Source of the DNA: Eledone cirrhosa
Lineage: Eukaryota
Direction of reading: 5' to 3'
DNA length: 64,000 bases
Assembly: GCA_964016885.1 (NCBI GenBank)
Contig: OZ024741.1
Span: 161,882,001 to 161,946,000 of the forward strand
Part shown: positions 27,340 to 41,195 of the stretch, piece after piece
Position numbering within the stretch: position 1 is the first letter of the stretch
How the letters are laid out: the number at the start of each line of letters is the position of its first letter
Notes under the pieces: model-generated
What the model saw: only the letters and a program-made list of their open reading frames with translations
What the model was told of the DNA's origin: nothing
Database searches by the model: none
Program-made: the position numbers and the translations under genes

Positions 27340-27625
27340 TTGCGAGGGAAACGTGCTGAAAGAGTCATTCAAATTCGCAGGGCTCACTCCAACGAGTGGC
27401 CAACTCCGTCCTGATAGCAGCGAGTAGAGAGGTGATTCGAAGACCCAGAACGCCAGAAGTCTCTACAGCTATAGGTTCAACGACAGACCTACGGAATAGT
27501 AGCCGATGCTTCAACGGTTTGCGATCTTCAGCTTGTTGAGCAACGAAACCTGGTTTTGTAACTGTATTCACCAGGCTGCTGACGAGGAAAGTGCCGCTGC
27601 ATGTTGTGTCACAGATGAGGAGCTT
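27340..27625 (-). mobile_element. CRE-like non-LTR fragment
   Basis: EPIAVETSGVLG...SEPCEFE. Confidence 0.7.
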
Positions 27626-27749
27626 ACCACCGCAGAACGAGAAAATCGTGATACCATCTGACCTTTTGTCGTCCCGACTCAGGTTGATTTTTTTCTTTCA
27701 GATTTTCTTTAGGTATATAAGTATGTGCGCATGAACATAAGTGTGGGGT

Positions 27750-27869
<120 letters not shown>

Positions 27870-28436
27870 TCGGTCTGTGTAAGTGCATAAGTACGTATGT
27901 GTATTTAAAACGAAAAATGGTGCAGACTGCAGACGCAGACTACTTAAATTTGAGCATGCGTACTTAAATCTATGTTCCATCCATAAACTCACTCTATTGA
28001 TTTTGATTGGCTGGCCGAACTATTGTTTGTAAACAAAGCTTCCTACATCCCAGGCAGATTTATCGATTGCTCTGTTCAATAACATATTGTCTGACATGAT
28101 ATTATGTAGCTAATCCATGGTTTCTGGTACCCGCTTAGACCGACTGCGGATTAAGCGAACTAACGTCTACATCGGTTAACCTTGGAAAATTAGGAAGACA
28201 TGATTTATTTATTTATTTATTTACTGCTAAGAGAAACATAACGCTCACGTCAAAATACAAAGTATAATGTAAGACTTACACATATGGACATACACACGCA
28301 CAGAAACACACGCACGCACACACATACACACGCACACACGCACACACGCACACACGCACACATGCACACACATACTCACACGCACACACACACATATAGA
28401 TATGTTTTCAAGCATATATATTTATGATATGTATGT

Positions 28437-28721
28437 ATGGTTAAGAGAGTGGGACTGGCTTTGTGCAGTGCCTTTGCTCACTATAAAAGCTTCACGGCAC
28501 AGGCATTGCTTTATATCTGGAGATCTCTCTGCACTTGTCGTCACATGGTACCATGGGCCCAGCAATATGTGTCAATAATTGTCACAAGTGCAGTGTTTGT
28601 ACCAGAGTTTTCAAGTCGCTGGCTGGATTAAAAAGTCACACTCGTTCAGCGCATCGGTAAGGGTTCTCCTACATGGATATAAAGTAGTGGTCGTACTCGA
28701 AAACGAGTTGGCAGCCACCAT
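28437..28721 (+). repeat. Near-identical duplicate of 29937-30221
   Basis: gttaagagagtgggactggc...gagttggcagccacca. Confidence 0.9.
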
Positions 28722-28977
28722 GTATGTGTGTATGTATGTATGCATGTATGTATGTATGTATGTATGTATGTATGTGTATGTATGTATGTATGTATGTATG
28801 TATGTATGTATGTATGTATGTATGATTGTATGTATGTATGTATGTATGTATGTATGTATGTATGTATGTATGTATGTATATGTATGTATGTATGTATGAT
28901 TGTATGTATGATTGTATGATTGTATGTATGTATGATTGTATGTATGTGCGGAAGAACGAGACCAACAGTAATACAAT

Positions 28978-29142
28978 GCCAACAATTTTGGGGGAGGAGA
29001 AAGTACTTTATTTTATCGACCCCGTAAGGATGAAAGGCAGAGCTAACCTCAACGATATTTGAACTCAGAGCATAAAGGGCCGTAACTCTATGCCACAAAG
29101 CATATTGTCCAACGCTCTACCGAAACTGTTAATCCACCGCCT
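28978..29142 (-). mobile_element. tRNA-derived SINE, inverted
   Basis: Reverse complement of the SINE core and head. Confidence 0.8.
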
Positions 29143-29609
29143 GAGACCAACAGTAATAATGATGAATCTTATCCACTATTGGTTTACAAATGCCCTGTGT
29201 CCCTTAAAGTGTGCCTTTCGAATGTTGGCTTGAAGTCACACCAACGACCACATGATGGTAAAATCCAACTTGACTATTCAAACTTTGTTGCAGAGAATCA
29301 GTTCCATGCCATGTCAGAAAATTTGTAAATCAGGTGGTGGACTGAAGCGACCTCTAAACATACACAATAAGAAAACCCAAAGTGGAAACAACGAAATGAG
29401 ACATCATTATATTATTTGTGGATGACTCTTTCACAGGCTTTCAGGCTTCAATAACCATTGAAGATCTCATGCCAGGATGGAATAGACATAAAGTGCAGGA
29501 AGTGGTCAAGCTTTTTATGGAGCAGACGACCTGTATGTATGTATGTATGTATGTATGTATGTATGTATGTATGTATGTATGTATGTATGTATGTATGTAT
29601 GTATGTATG

Positions 29610-30242
29610 TCAGGTCACCAGTTGGTGCTACTGGTAACATGTATCCCAGTACAACCTGTCTCATGGTCGGGTCGTTGGCGACTAAACTGGCAACCCCACC
29701 AAGGTTTCTTGGTGAGGAGGGTGACTTTGGACATCCTGCAGGACTAAAAACAAAACCTGTCAAAGGGCAGAGGAGCTCTTAAGAGTCAATGGCCATCCAA
29801 AATCACCGGGAGAGATGACCCCTTAGCCTTTGTCAAGGCAGAATTCTAGGAGAAGGAAAACTCTGATATAACACCTGCAACCCTGATGGTATCCAATGAT
29901 GTTGACTTGTTCTTCTTTTTGGTAAATATCATCTTGGTTAAGAGAGTGGGACTGGCTTTGTGCAGTGCCTTTGCTCACTATAAAAGCTTCACGGCACAGG
30001 CATTGCTTTATATCTGGAGATCTCTCTGCACTTGTCGTCACATGGTACCATGGGCCCAGCAATATGTGTCAATAATTGTCACAAGTGCAGTGTTTGTACC
30101 AGAGTTTTCAAGTCGCTGGCTGGACTAAAAAGTCACACTCGTTCAGCGCATCGGTAGGGGTTCTCCTACATGGATATGAAGTAGTAGCCGTACTCGAAAA
30201 CGAGTTGGCAGCCACCACCATGTATGTATGTATGTATGTATG

Positions 30243-30274
<32 letters not shown>

Positions 30275-30371
30275 AAGTCAAAAAGTCACACTCGTTCAGC
30301 GCATCGGTAGGAGTTCTCCTACATGGATATAAAGTAGTGGCCGTACTCGAAAACGAGTTGGCAGCCACCAT
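29610..30371 (+). mobile_element. Dispersed repeat, probably the 5' region of a non-LTR element, bounded by (TATG)n
   Basis: Diverged inverted copy at ~63800-64000; 30128-30221 reduplicated at 30280-30371. Confidence 0.6.
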
Positions 30372-30434
30372 GTATATATATATATATATATATGTGTATG
30401 TATATATCTGTGTGTGTATGTATATATATATATG

Positions 30435-30481
<47 letters not shown>

Positions 30482-30745
30482 GATGTATATGTATATATAT
30501 GTATGTATGTGTATATGTATATATATGTATATATATGTATGTATGTATATGTATATGTATGTATGTATATGTATATGTATATGTGTGTATATGTGTATAT
30601 ATGTATATATATGTATGTATGTATATGTATATATATGTATGTATATGTATATATATATATATGTAGGTGTATGTAAATGTATATATATGTATATGTATGT
30701 ATATATATATATGGATTGGCAGTATCGGTATATATATATATATAT

Positions 30746-31768
30746 ACCAGATAGAAAAATGCGTACACCAAAAAAAAGTAATATTGTTGGAATATAAACC
30801 TTTAAAAATACAGGACAAGAAACTAAGATAAAACTTTAAAAGAATAGGACAAGAAACTAAGATAAAACTTTAAAGAATTGGACAAGAAATAAAAAATTTT
30901 ACAATAATATTAGTGGCAAAATTTTTATTTGTAAAAAATCGAGTTCCACATTCATAGGCTCTGGGTTCCACATTCAGAGGTCGTCGTCAGACCGGGGGGA
31001 TCATTTGATCCTGGTTTGAACACCAATTGGGCCATAACCATACCCCTATTTCATCATTCGGCGACACGCCTCATGTGTCATGCATAATGTGAATGGACCC
31101 ATGGGCCCATGAGCACAGATCTTGAGCAGCAGCGGACGGTCTTGTCGTCCCGCTCATCCTTGATCTTGACCAACCCGTCCATCTCCTTGCATCTTGTCCT
31201 TGAGTTCAAGTCCGGAAGTCCAGATGAATGCGTGCCGCAGCTTTCTGGTACAGGAAGGAGGAGCAGGAGGACTGGAGGGATGACGGGACAGAGGGAGGGA
31301 GGACCGGTGGTTGAGGGAGGTGCCGTAGTCGGTAGTCAGAGTCGACATCTTGTCCCGGTCGTCTTCTCCATCTTCGTCTGGTGTGCGGGACCAGAAGTGC
31401 ATTCTTGGAGGAGACCTGCAGCTGCATCGGCCAATTCTTCTTGTAATGGTCATTCTGACGGAGCAGAACTGCTCAGCCAACTATACCCAACCAGAACCAA
31501 CCGCTCAGGGGCAACGCACAATGAGAGCATGACAATTATTATGCACTAATCAAGAAGATACTGGGGAATAGCACAGGAAACGAATAAAAAAATGTTGCCA
31601 CTAATATTATTGTAAAATTTTTTATTTCTTGTCCAATTCTTTAAAGTTTTATCTTAGTTTCTTGTCCTATTCTTTTAAAGTTTTATCTTAGTTTCTTGTC
31701 CTGTATTTTTAAAGGTGTATATTCCAACAATATAACTTTTTTTTTGCTGTACGCATTTTTCTATCTGG
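30746..31768. mobile_element. Element with ~185-bp terminal inverted repeats containing three ~33-bp subrepeats; GC-rich ~650-bp core
   Basis: ccagatagaaaaatgcgtac...gtggcaa mirrors ttgccac...gtacgcatttttctatctgg; ggacaagaaactaagataaaactttaaa repeated. Confidence 0.8.
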
Positions 31769-32179
31769 TCTACTATTTTTTAAGGCAATGCAAGCAACAA
31801 CTATCTAATAATGAAATGATCATAGTGAATTACTGACAAGTGATTGACATTTTAAAGTTCTTTTGAGTATAATTGCAATCTAGTTGAGGCAACTGGCTTA
31901 ATGACAAAGCTACGTCATTTCTGGATTACCTCCCCTAGCGTCACGCTTACTACTCACTCGAACACAAGATTTATCAGCAAACTTTGATTATAAACTTTTT
32001 CCCGCTGGACCAAATTTCTAGATTTTTAAGCCAAAAGATGCGTAATGATCTACTGTTCATGCTCATATAAGTTTTATCTCAGTTAAATAAAGTAGAGCCG
32101 CGCTGTACTGTCGTAAACAGACGATTGCCAACGAAAACACGACCACAACAATATTACTAAACGGACTACCGTCCGTTTA

Positions 32180-32233
<54 letters not shown>

Positions 32234-32302
32234 TATGAAGAGAGAAGAAACATTTAGATATAATTAGTAATAAAATGTATCATACCTAAACTGTTCCTAA
32301 AT

Positions 32303-32390
32303 TCCTCGACTACGTAGTTTCGTGGCATAAACAAAAACAATATATCAAAGATATAGAGTCCTTGCGAGGTCTGCCGACTTATCAAGAGGA
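32303..32390 (-). ncRNA. Type I hammerhead with U3-A8 variant core (family E), cleavage triplet GUC
   Basis: tcctc-TTGATAA-gtcggca...tgccac-GAAA-ctacgtag-TC-gagga; in a ~300-bp insert between (TA)n tracts. Confidence 0.8.
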
Positions 32391-32528
32391 TACCTCATTT
32401 TACTAGTCTCAAGAACGCGTCTACACGACGTGAGAAAGAATCCCAAAAGGCGGAGGGGGAGACAGTCACGCGATATAACGGTCGAGAAACAGAGCTAAGC
32501 CTCTTATAACCACGAAGAAAATACCACA

Positions 32529-32918
<390 letters not shown>

Positions 32919-32947
32919 GATACTGCCAATCCATATGTATATATATA

Positions 32948-33135
32948 TGGATTGGCAGTATCGGTATAGGGTCGGACGCCATGCTTTGATGCATAGAGTT
33001 ACGGCCCTTGCCATTCTGAGTTCAAATCCCGCCGAGGTTAACTTTGCCTTTCATCCTTACGGGGTCGATCAAATAAAGTACCAGTAATATACTGGGATAA
33101 TTACTGGCCTTGTGCCAAATGTAGAAACAATTATT
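32948..33135 (+). mobile_element. tRNA-derived SINE
   Basis: Head, B-box gagttcaaatccc, core, aacaattatt tail. Confidence 0.85.
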
Positions 33136-33480
33136 AATATTCGAAAAACTCAGATTACATTTATTGTATTCAGCCATGTAGAGCGAAAATTCTTTAGATA
33201 TATATATATCTAAAGTCGAAAGTCTGTCTTAAACCAGAAGGCTCATTTGGCCGGTGCTTATCCCGCTTACTCATGGCGTGAAGCGACTGAGAATACAAGA
33301 CTTCTCCTGAACAAGACGCCAATTGTGGTGGTGGAGGTGGTGTTGGTAGTGGTGGTTCGGTGGTGTGGTGTTGCTAGTGAGTTGTGTGGTGTTCAGTGAT
33401 GGTGTGGTGGCAGTGGTTAGATGTGTGTTGATGTGGTGGTAGAAGGTGTTGTGTTATGTGTTATTATTATTTGCTATACA

Positions 33481-33671
33481 GGGCGGTGGATTGGCAGTAT
33501 CGGTAGAGGGTCGGACGCTATGCTTTCCAGCATAGTTACGTCCCTTTATGGTCTGAGTTCAAATCTCGTCGAGGTTAACTTTGCCTTTCATCCTTACGGG
33601 GTCGATAAAATAAAGTACCAGTAATACACTGTGTAATTTCTGGCCTTGTGCCAAAAGTAGAAACAATTATT
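33481..33671 (+). mobile_element. Full-length tRNA-derived SINE with target-site duplication
   Basis: Flanked by direct repeat ttattatttgctataca (ending at 33480 and ~33682). Confidence 0.9.
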
Positions 33672-34852
33672 ATTTGCTATACATAGAGGAAGGTTATGTG
33701 CCCATGACCTTCGCAGGCCTTTCCAGACAGGTGAGATTAAAGCTGTTGATGTTCAGTTTAAATTGCTGCAAGTCGACAACTGCATGAAAGACACGCAGTA
33801 TCGGATTTAGGATAAATGAGACCCTGTGCTAGTTAAGTTATAAGGCCCCAAACATTTGAAAGATTCATCGTAAAATATTTGGGGACAGGAAGATAGCCCC
33901 TGGCTAACGGGGCCCTGCGCTTAAGCACGCCTAAGCACCATGGTAAATCCGGCACTGAAGACACATACAGGAATATTCCAGAGGGACAACGTTCTGGGAA
34001 GGAAGTCCTGTATGTAATGGTTAGACACAATATGAGTGATGAGAAGAAAAGAGACGAATGAAAGGAGAATCTGAGTGAAGATAATATGAGTTCAGCCATG
34101 TCCGAGGAACGGATGGCATTGTAGTAGCAATAGAAATGTGAGTTAGGGGCTGACGAGTGTCTGTCAGTGAGTTTATGCCAATCAGAAGAGTGGTCTTTTT
34201 CTTGATGTAGTCTAGGATGCATGTATGCATTGCAGCAGCCCCATTCCAGTTGTAGGAGCACTATTCCATTGTTGCTTTTACCTGAACATTGCAGAGGGTC
34301 AATATTTATGTATTAATCCTTTAGCATTTAAACCGGCTGTATCCGGCCAGAATTCTCTCACCTCTTTCTGTTCAAACCATCCATAACCGGCCGCTCATAC
34401 TGATGTTAAGGTATTGTTCTCAAAATATATGATATCAAAATCTCTTAGATTTGAGATTATGTGAGATAATTATGTGAGGTAAAGCATTTACCATGAAAAT
34501 ACAATAGTATATATAGAGTAATGTAAATGCTAAAGGGTTAACATGTGTCAGTATTTTATGTTGCAAATACATAAAACTTAATACAAAAGAAATATAAATG
34601 TTGTCTGAGCAACACATTAAGTAAATGTAATACATACTGGTCCCGATCTTAAATAAACCGTTTTCTTCTAATTTTAGCCTCTCTACCGCTCTCTACTTCC
34701 ATGCACCCTCTCTTGACGTTTTCCTTACTTTCTTCAATCCTCTATCCCTCTTTCTCTCTCAACATAACACCAGAGCGTCTATCAGAAACAGGCAGATATA
34801 ATTTGTTAGTAGTGTCATCAGAATGAGAATAAAAGCGAAGATAAAGGAGAGA

Positions 34853-34989
<137 letters not shown>

Positions 34990-35122
34990 CTATATACTGC
35001 ACCGATTGTGTTATTTCAGTTTACCTTTTACATACACCCACACACATATATATATATATACACATATATACACATATATACATATATATATATATATAAA
35101 CATACATACATATAAATATATA

Positions 35123-36345
35123 CTAGCTGGCCCATCCGGCTGGCGTCCGGCTAGGTATACTGGAATTTTATCTTTTCAGGAATCCCCCCTCCACTCCAGT
35201 GCAAGGATACCGCACGCCCTCTCAAGTCACCGAGGGGGGGGGGGGGTTAACCTGGTCTGATGTTGGGTTTGAATAGTTTTTAGGATTCCCCAGTTCAGCA
35301 GCAAGTCCGTTAAAGAAAACTAATAGTTACAACAATAAAGGCTGAACAGAGAACACATTTTTAAACAAACTTTACAATAATTTGTACAACCATAATGGAA
35401 ATTCCAAGTAACAGAAAATTCATAAATTACATTGTTAGAGCCTCAGAGTATACAATATTTTTTGTTCGGCCCTCGGGAGCAAAGATGAAGAGATTGTTTA
35501 GCGAGCTCACCCTAGAGCATCCTACATACAATTGACCATGGGAGAAGCATGGTTTTCCCAGATGAAGGCCAGCCACTTCTAGGGTTTGACCCTGAGCTTT
35601 GTTGGTGGTAATCGCGAAGCTTAGTCTCTCTCTTGCTCTAGTAACATTTTTTCTTCTGGAAAATCTGATCTTGCGGCCAGGCTGGGACTTTTTGGGTGGC
35701 ATATCGGCAGTAACAATGACGATAAGCCGTCTGTGCTATCGTGAAATAAATACGTTTGTTTATATTTTGTTTTTGTGTATGCAAAAATATCTGTACACGA
35801 ATATATAATTATATATATATATATTAAAATAACAGATTAAAGTTTAAGCAAAGAATCGCTGCTTTCACCCTTAACGGGATCTTCTGAAACTAAAAAAATC
35901 AATCTGTGAACGCAGAAGTAAATATTTCGAAAAACGTTATTAATTAAAAGTTGATTAGAAGCGAAGTCAATGCAGACAGGCAGCCAGACAGATATTATAA
36001 GCGTGCGACGTTATAGCTATGAATCTAATGCAGACAGCCAGACATACAGAGACGTATTATAAGGGCGCGACGTTATAGCTTTGTATCTATCTAAAAAGAC
36101 AGACTAAGAAAGATAGAGGAATGTCGTATAACCGGAGTGTTGACATTTGAAAATTTTAAAGAAGTGAATATTTAAATAAACGATAAATTATCTTTAATCC
36201 TTTAACTAAATTTAGTAGACAAAAATACCCTCACTTTCTTACTTGGAAAAAGTTACATCTATGGTGCAAATTTGGTGCTGTTTGCTTCAGCTGTTTGGCG
36301 AAAAGTTTGTTACATACATACGGCCGTCAGCTTTATAATTATATA
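35123..36345 (-). mobile_element. Internally deleted Helitron with Pif1-type helicase C-terminus and CTAG 3' end
   Basis: LSFAITTNKAQGQTL, FSHGQLYVGCSRV, TKNIVYSEAL (35427-35625); GC-rich subterminal segment then CTAG|T. Confidence 0.85.
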
Positions 36346-36486
36346 TATCTAATATATATTTGTGAAATGGGTGGTAGTTGAAATTCAGTTGTGCACGGTT
36401 AAATGGTAGTAGACGTGGTCGGAGGGACATGAACATTTACACACCTATGTAAAAAGTGCCAAGGAAGCAAAAAAACGAATTAAAAC

Positions 36487-37103
36487 GTACAGTGTCTAGC
36501 AACCATCGGTGAATCCATACGTACATATATATATATGTGTGCATGTATGTATATATATATATATATACATACTACTGTACGTCTGTATACATATATGTAT
36601 GTACGTATACATACTTATATTTAAGTAACAGCCGTACTAAGAGTGAGAAATGAAATTTCGTTTCATTTTTTCCGTTTATCGTTTTCGGTGCACCCGGCCG
36701 ATTAACTCACTCGATATGTAAATTAGGCTGCTCAGCCGTTAATATGCATAAGGAAAGTATATACTTTCAGACGTTCAATCATCTGGCAGGAAGGTATACG
36801 TTGCTGAGGATAGCTAATAAGCTTGAAACTAGTACAGCGTTCCTTTGTCAGTGTTGAACAAATGAGCAACGATGGTTGCTAGACACTGTACGGCTTAATT
36901 CGGGATGTTTGTTTACAAACACACCGAGCATTATAATAAATGTTCGGTGAATCCATACGTACATATATATATATGTGTGCATTTATGTATATATATATAT
37001 ATACATACTACTGTACGTCCATATATGTATGTACGTATACATACTTATATTTAAGTAACAGCCGTACTAAGAGTGAGAAATGAAATTTCGTTTCATTTTT
37101 TCC

Positions 37104-37108
<5 letters not shown>
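36487..37108 (+). mobile_element. Family A hammerhead element: 22-bp inverted cap, partial unit, full ~430-bp unit, (TA)n
   Basis: 36506-36678 repeats at 36943-37108; 36487-36508 is the reverse complement of 36870-36891. Confidence 0.85.
36798..36840 (+). ncRNA. Type I hammerhead, family A, intact core, predicted cleavage GUA after 36834
   Basis: acgttg-CTGAGGA-tagctaataagctt-GAAA-ctag-TA-cagcgt. Confidence 0.9.
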
Positions 37109-37152
<44 letters not shown>

Positions 37153-38893
37153 GAAAACGCTTTAATAAAAAAATAAATAAATATCAACTGTAATGTATGT
37201 ATGCATGTATTTATGTGTTTATATGAGCGGGGATATGCAAGTAAATCTTACTTTGTGGACAGCTGCCCTTAGCATAATATTCATGCTAGAACAGCATATA
37301 TTAGAAAGTTTTCAGGGAGTTGAATTACTAATTTTGGATCGGCAGCTTTAGCTTTGAAAAAATGAAATGTGCAGTGTAAACATTTTTTATTATTCCTCCG
37401 GGGATGAATCTTCTCTGCCTTTTTCCATCTCTTTCTTTCTCTCTGGAAGAAATCAGCCGTAGTAAGACCTAAAAAAATGGTTAGATACACCATGATGCAC
37501 CGTGCATCACGGTGGAGTTGAAAAGCAGACTCAGAACATGGCGTTGTGTGGGGGTGGCTCGCAGCCCAATGTTCCAGAAGAAGAAGAAGAAGAAGAAGAA
37601 GAAGAAGAAGAAGGTGTGAGCTGGAGTCCAATCAAATATGTAGGTTGTGTCTTAAATTGAAGGTTTAGTAGAAACACTTCATGTATAGTTTTATACTTTT
37701 CTTTTTGTCATTCATATATAAACAAATCTACTATATAAATTGGAAGTGGTCGGACATTGTATATGTAGGTGTAGTCGGATAAACGTCGAAATGGCTTGGT
37801 GGAATGCAGCGAAAATTTACACAGTTATGCAGAATGACCCGAGGAGGCGTTGGGTCGACTTTCAAGCTACAAGCTTCCATGGTTACGGAGAAAATCGATG
37901 AAACAGGAATTTCCCATTCAAATTGAACTGAGAGTAATCTGTGAACGCAGAAGTAAATATTTCGAGAAACGTTCCAACCGAACGAAAACAAGAAGACGGT
38001 ATTTTGGTTCGTGAAAAGGTTCCCTGGCGATGAACGGGGAAAAAGCGAGGATAATACGTCGTTATCTGGAGCGTGAAGAACAATTTCATGCAAAGACAAG
38101 ACCAAGTTTATGGTATAACTGGAGTCGTTAGACTAATATTCTTTTTAAAATAACAGAAGGATTTCCAGCCCCGGAGTTTAAGAATGATGTAAATAAAATT
38201 GAAAACGAAAATGACAGAGGTTATTAAAATAGTAAAAGTAAATAGTGAAGATTTAGGCCAGTACATACGTATGCCCCTACGGACATACACATACATACGC
38301 ACACACAAATACATACCCCCCCCCCCACACACACACAAACGCACGCGCGTATGTATAAACCTTAAGCATTTCTACAGTATTTTCACCAAACTTAAGACAT
38401 AGGTTACTTATGTACTCCGGATGGTCATGGGCACTGTCATTTTTCCAGATATTGATTATAGGGCGCCCCGGCAGATAACCCCTTTAACAACTTCCTTGGA
38501 GTCGACTGAAGCACTGCAGTGCAATGCAACAAAACGTCATAACTTCTGGAGTTCGCAACCGATTTTCACAAAACTTGACACATGGGCTACGTTTGTCCTA
38601 CAGATGAATGTGGCACATATTCGGTAGGGGACCCATGGGGGCAGTAACCCCTTTTTGGAAAAAGCCGAGGATTTTGTAAAAGTATAGTTTTCGAAGCAGC
38701 ACTGAAGTGTTGACATAAATGGTATACACAACTGCTATTTAATATCCGAGCAACGCCGGGTACCTCTGCTATTATATATATATATATATATAATGCGATG
38801 AAATACCAATGATGGTTGGCAAATCACTGATGAGGGACTAATTTTATAATATCTAATCCATGTGCAACCATGCAGTATTCTTCTCCCCTTGTT

Positions 38894-38935
<42 letters not shown>

Positions 38936-38991
38936 TTATCGAGCCCTCTTTGGATTTTAGTCTTCAAATTTATTATTATTACTATTATTAT

Positions 38992-39065
<74 letters not shown>

Positions 39066-39197
39066 GGGGGAGAGAGGGAGAGACATTTTATATAAAGTTA
39101 CTATCAGAAAATAAACATATGGACACTATGCGTATTGGATATAATGGCGGTGCCCCAGCATGGCCTCAGCTTGTCGGCTGGAGCACGTAATAGAGTA

Positions 39198-39259
<62 letters not shown>

Positions 39260-40379
39260 GTTCAGATAGATTTGGATCAATTTATACGCAGCTTGTGAGG
39301 AGACGGCGCTTGTCTCCACATGGTATACTAAGTTAGTCACATTTATCCGAAAATTATAAATCTACTTTTCTTCACTCAGATTTCTATTAATTTCCTAGGA
39401 CTTATTTTTTTATTATTTAGATATTAAACAGTGGCGGTGGGATGGGGGCAGTGGTCAAAATAATTATATTTTTCTCCCCAAACTATCAAAACGCTCATCT
39501 ATTTGTATATGCGCTACAATTTCTGTACATGTTATGTTTATCGCATATCGAAGTTTATTATATCTTGGTTGATATTTGATAATAACAGCTAAACTAACCA
39601 CTACAACTAAATTGACCAAATTTTCCCCAGTATTTAGGACTTTATTTTATCAACCCCGGAAACAGACCTGAATTAACCATCAAATAATATAAGCAGGTGT
39701 TTAAAGCGGGGACTACAGAGTCATTTTCCCTAGTGGATTTACATGAAGTAAATGTTACATCGTAATATTTTTTTTATGAATAAAAAGTTTTGAAAATTTG
39801 TATCCTTTTTTTCTGCTGCATTAAATAATCTGCTTATTTGCTGTTTACTGTTATTTGCTGTTTACTGTTATTTGCTGTTTACTGTTATTTAGACATTATA
39901 AGCACTGAGGTGGCGGAATGTGAAGGCATGTGACTAAGTGGTTTAGGTGTACTTCATTTTATCGACCATAGAAGAATGAAAGTCAAATTCGACCTCGGTG
40001 GGATTTGAACTCAATATGTAAAGACCGGAACAAATGTCGCCAAGCATTTTGCTTGACGCTCTACCGATTATATCCTCTCCCAACCTTCACAATTAGAAAT
40101 AATAACAGCAATAGCAAATCCCCGATAGTGCTGCAGTGGTAGCAATATTATCAGCAATAATAATATTAATTTCATCAAGGAATAGCAGCTAAATCTTTCT
40201 CAAATCCCACAAACCCACCTCACATACACTCACACATTCCATAATGTAGTTCAATACACTGGTCTGGTCTCTCCCAATTCCCATTGCTGGGGATCGCTAC
40301 ATGATACTGTATTTATTGTGTTGTATGAGATGAAAGAATGGTATTTAACTAATGTATTGGTAGGCGATGGGGCCCACCC

Positions 40380-40975
40380 ACAGCCCCGGCGGACAGAATG
40401 GAGAAGGTGTTTCCCCGGAGGACGGCAAGGGAGACGCGCTGGAAAAGCCACTCCAACTCGCGGGGCTCACACCTGCGGCTGGCCAGGTCAGCGCCCTATG
40501 GCCGAGGACACCAGAAGTCTCCACTGCCAGGGGAACGACCGCAAACCTGTCGGAGAGCGACCGGTATTTGAGGAGTTTGGCCCGCTCAGCCCGACGTGCA
40601 GCAGAACCTTGGTCAGTCGCAGACTGCACCAGGTTGCGGCTGCAGAATGTGTCGGTGCAAGTGGCATCCCAGACGCTGGGAAGGGAAGCCTGCAGCGTCC
40701 AAGCCATGCTTAATGACCTCGTTTAGGGCAGCTTGGCGTGGAAGGTGGCCGGCACTGTGGCGACAGGAAAGCGGGTGGAGGCCGAAAGAGTCTACGGTGG
40801 AACCGCAGCGACATTGGTGTGGCTGGCAGATCCGGAGGCCGAGCCCCATGGAAACGCCGATTCGCAGGCTATGGTTGTCTATCTGCGTGCCAGTGGAGAA
40901 GGAGGGCAGGGCATGGATCCAGGCGCCACTGTGGGACTTGGAGGCCGCACGAAAACAAGCAAGGCGGTGCTGGTC
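40380..40975 (-). mobile_element. CRE-like non-LTR fragment (CCHC knuckle plus REL endonuclease)
   Basis: CRCGSTVDSFGLHPLSC, WDATCTDTF, KLLKY, PLAVETSGVLG. Confidence 0.85.
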
Positions 40976-41195
40976 GAGCTGGCATTTTTATTTTCATCCC
41001 TCATAGTGTCCCAAAATCACCCTCCTCGCCAGAGACAAAAGCCACTGCAGAAGTGACATCAATAATAGCAATAGCATAGTAACCACCAACTGCGAGACCA
41101 ATTCCGGTATCAATAACAACAACGACGACGACGACATCAATTACATTAAACAGATTCTGTAGCAGTAACAATAGCAACATTAACAGCATCATCAG

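Noticed and set aside
29612-29700. Possible HDV-like ribozyme at an element 5' end (acc/ggt P3, ctaa junction)
   Set aside because: Could not build consistent P1, P1.1 and P2 pairings
34150-34200. CTGACGA followed by GAAG
   Set aside because: Non-canonical second box and no stable stems
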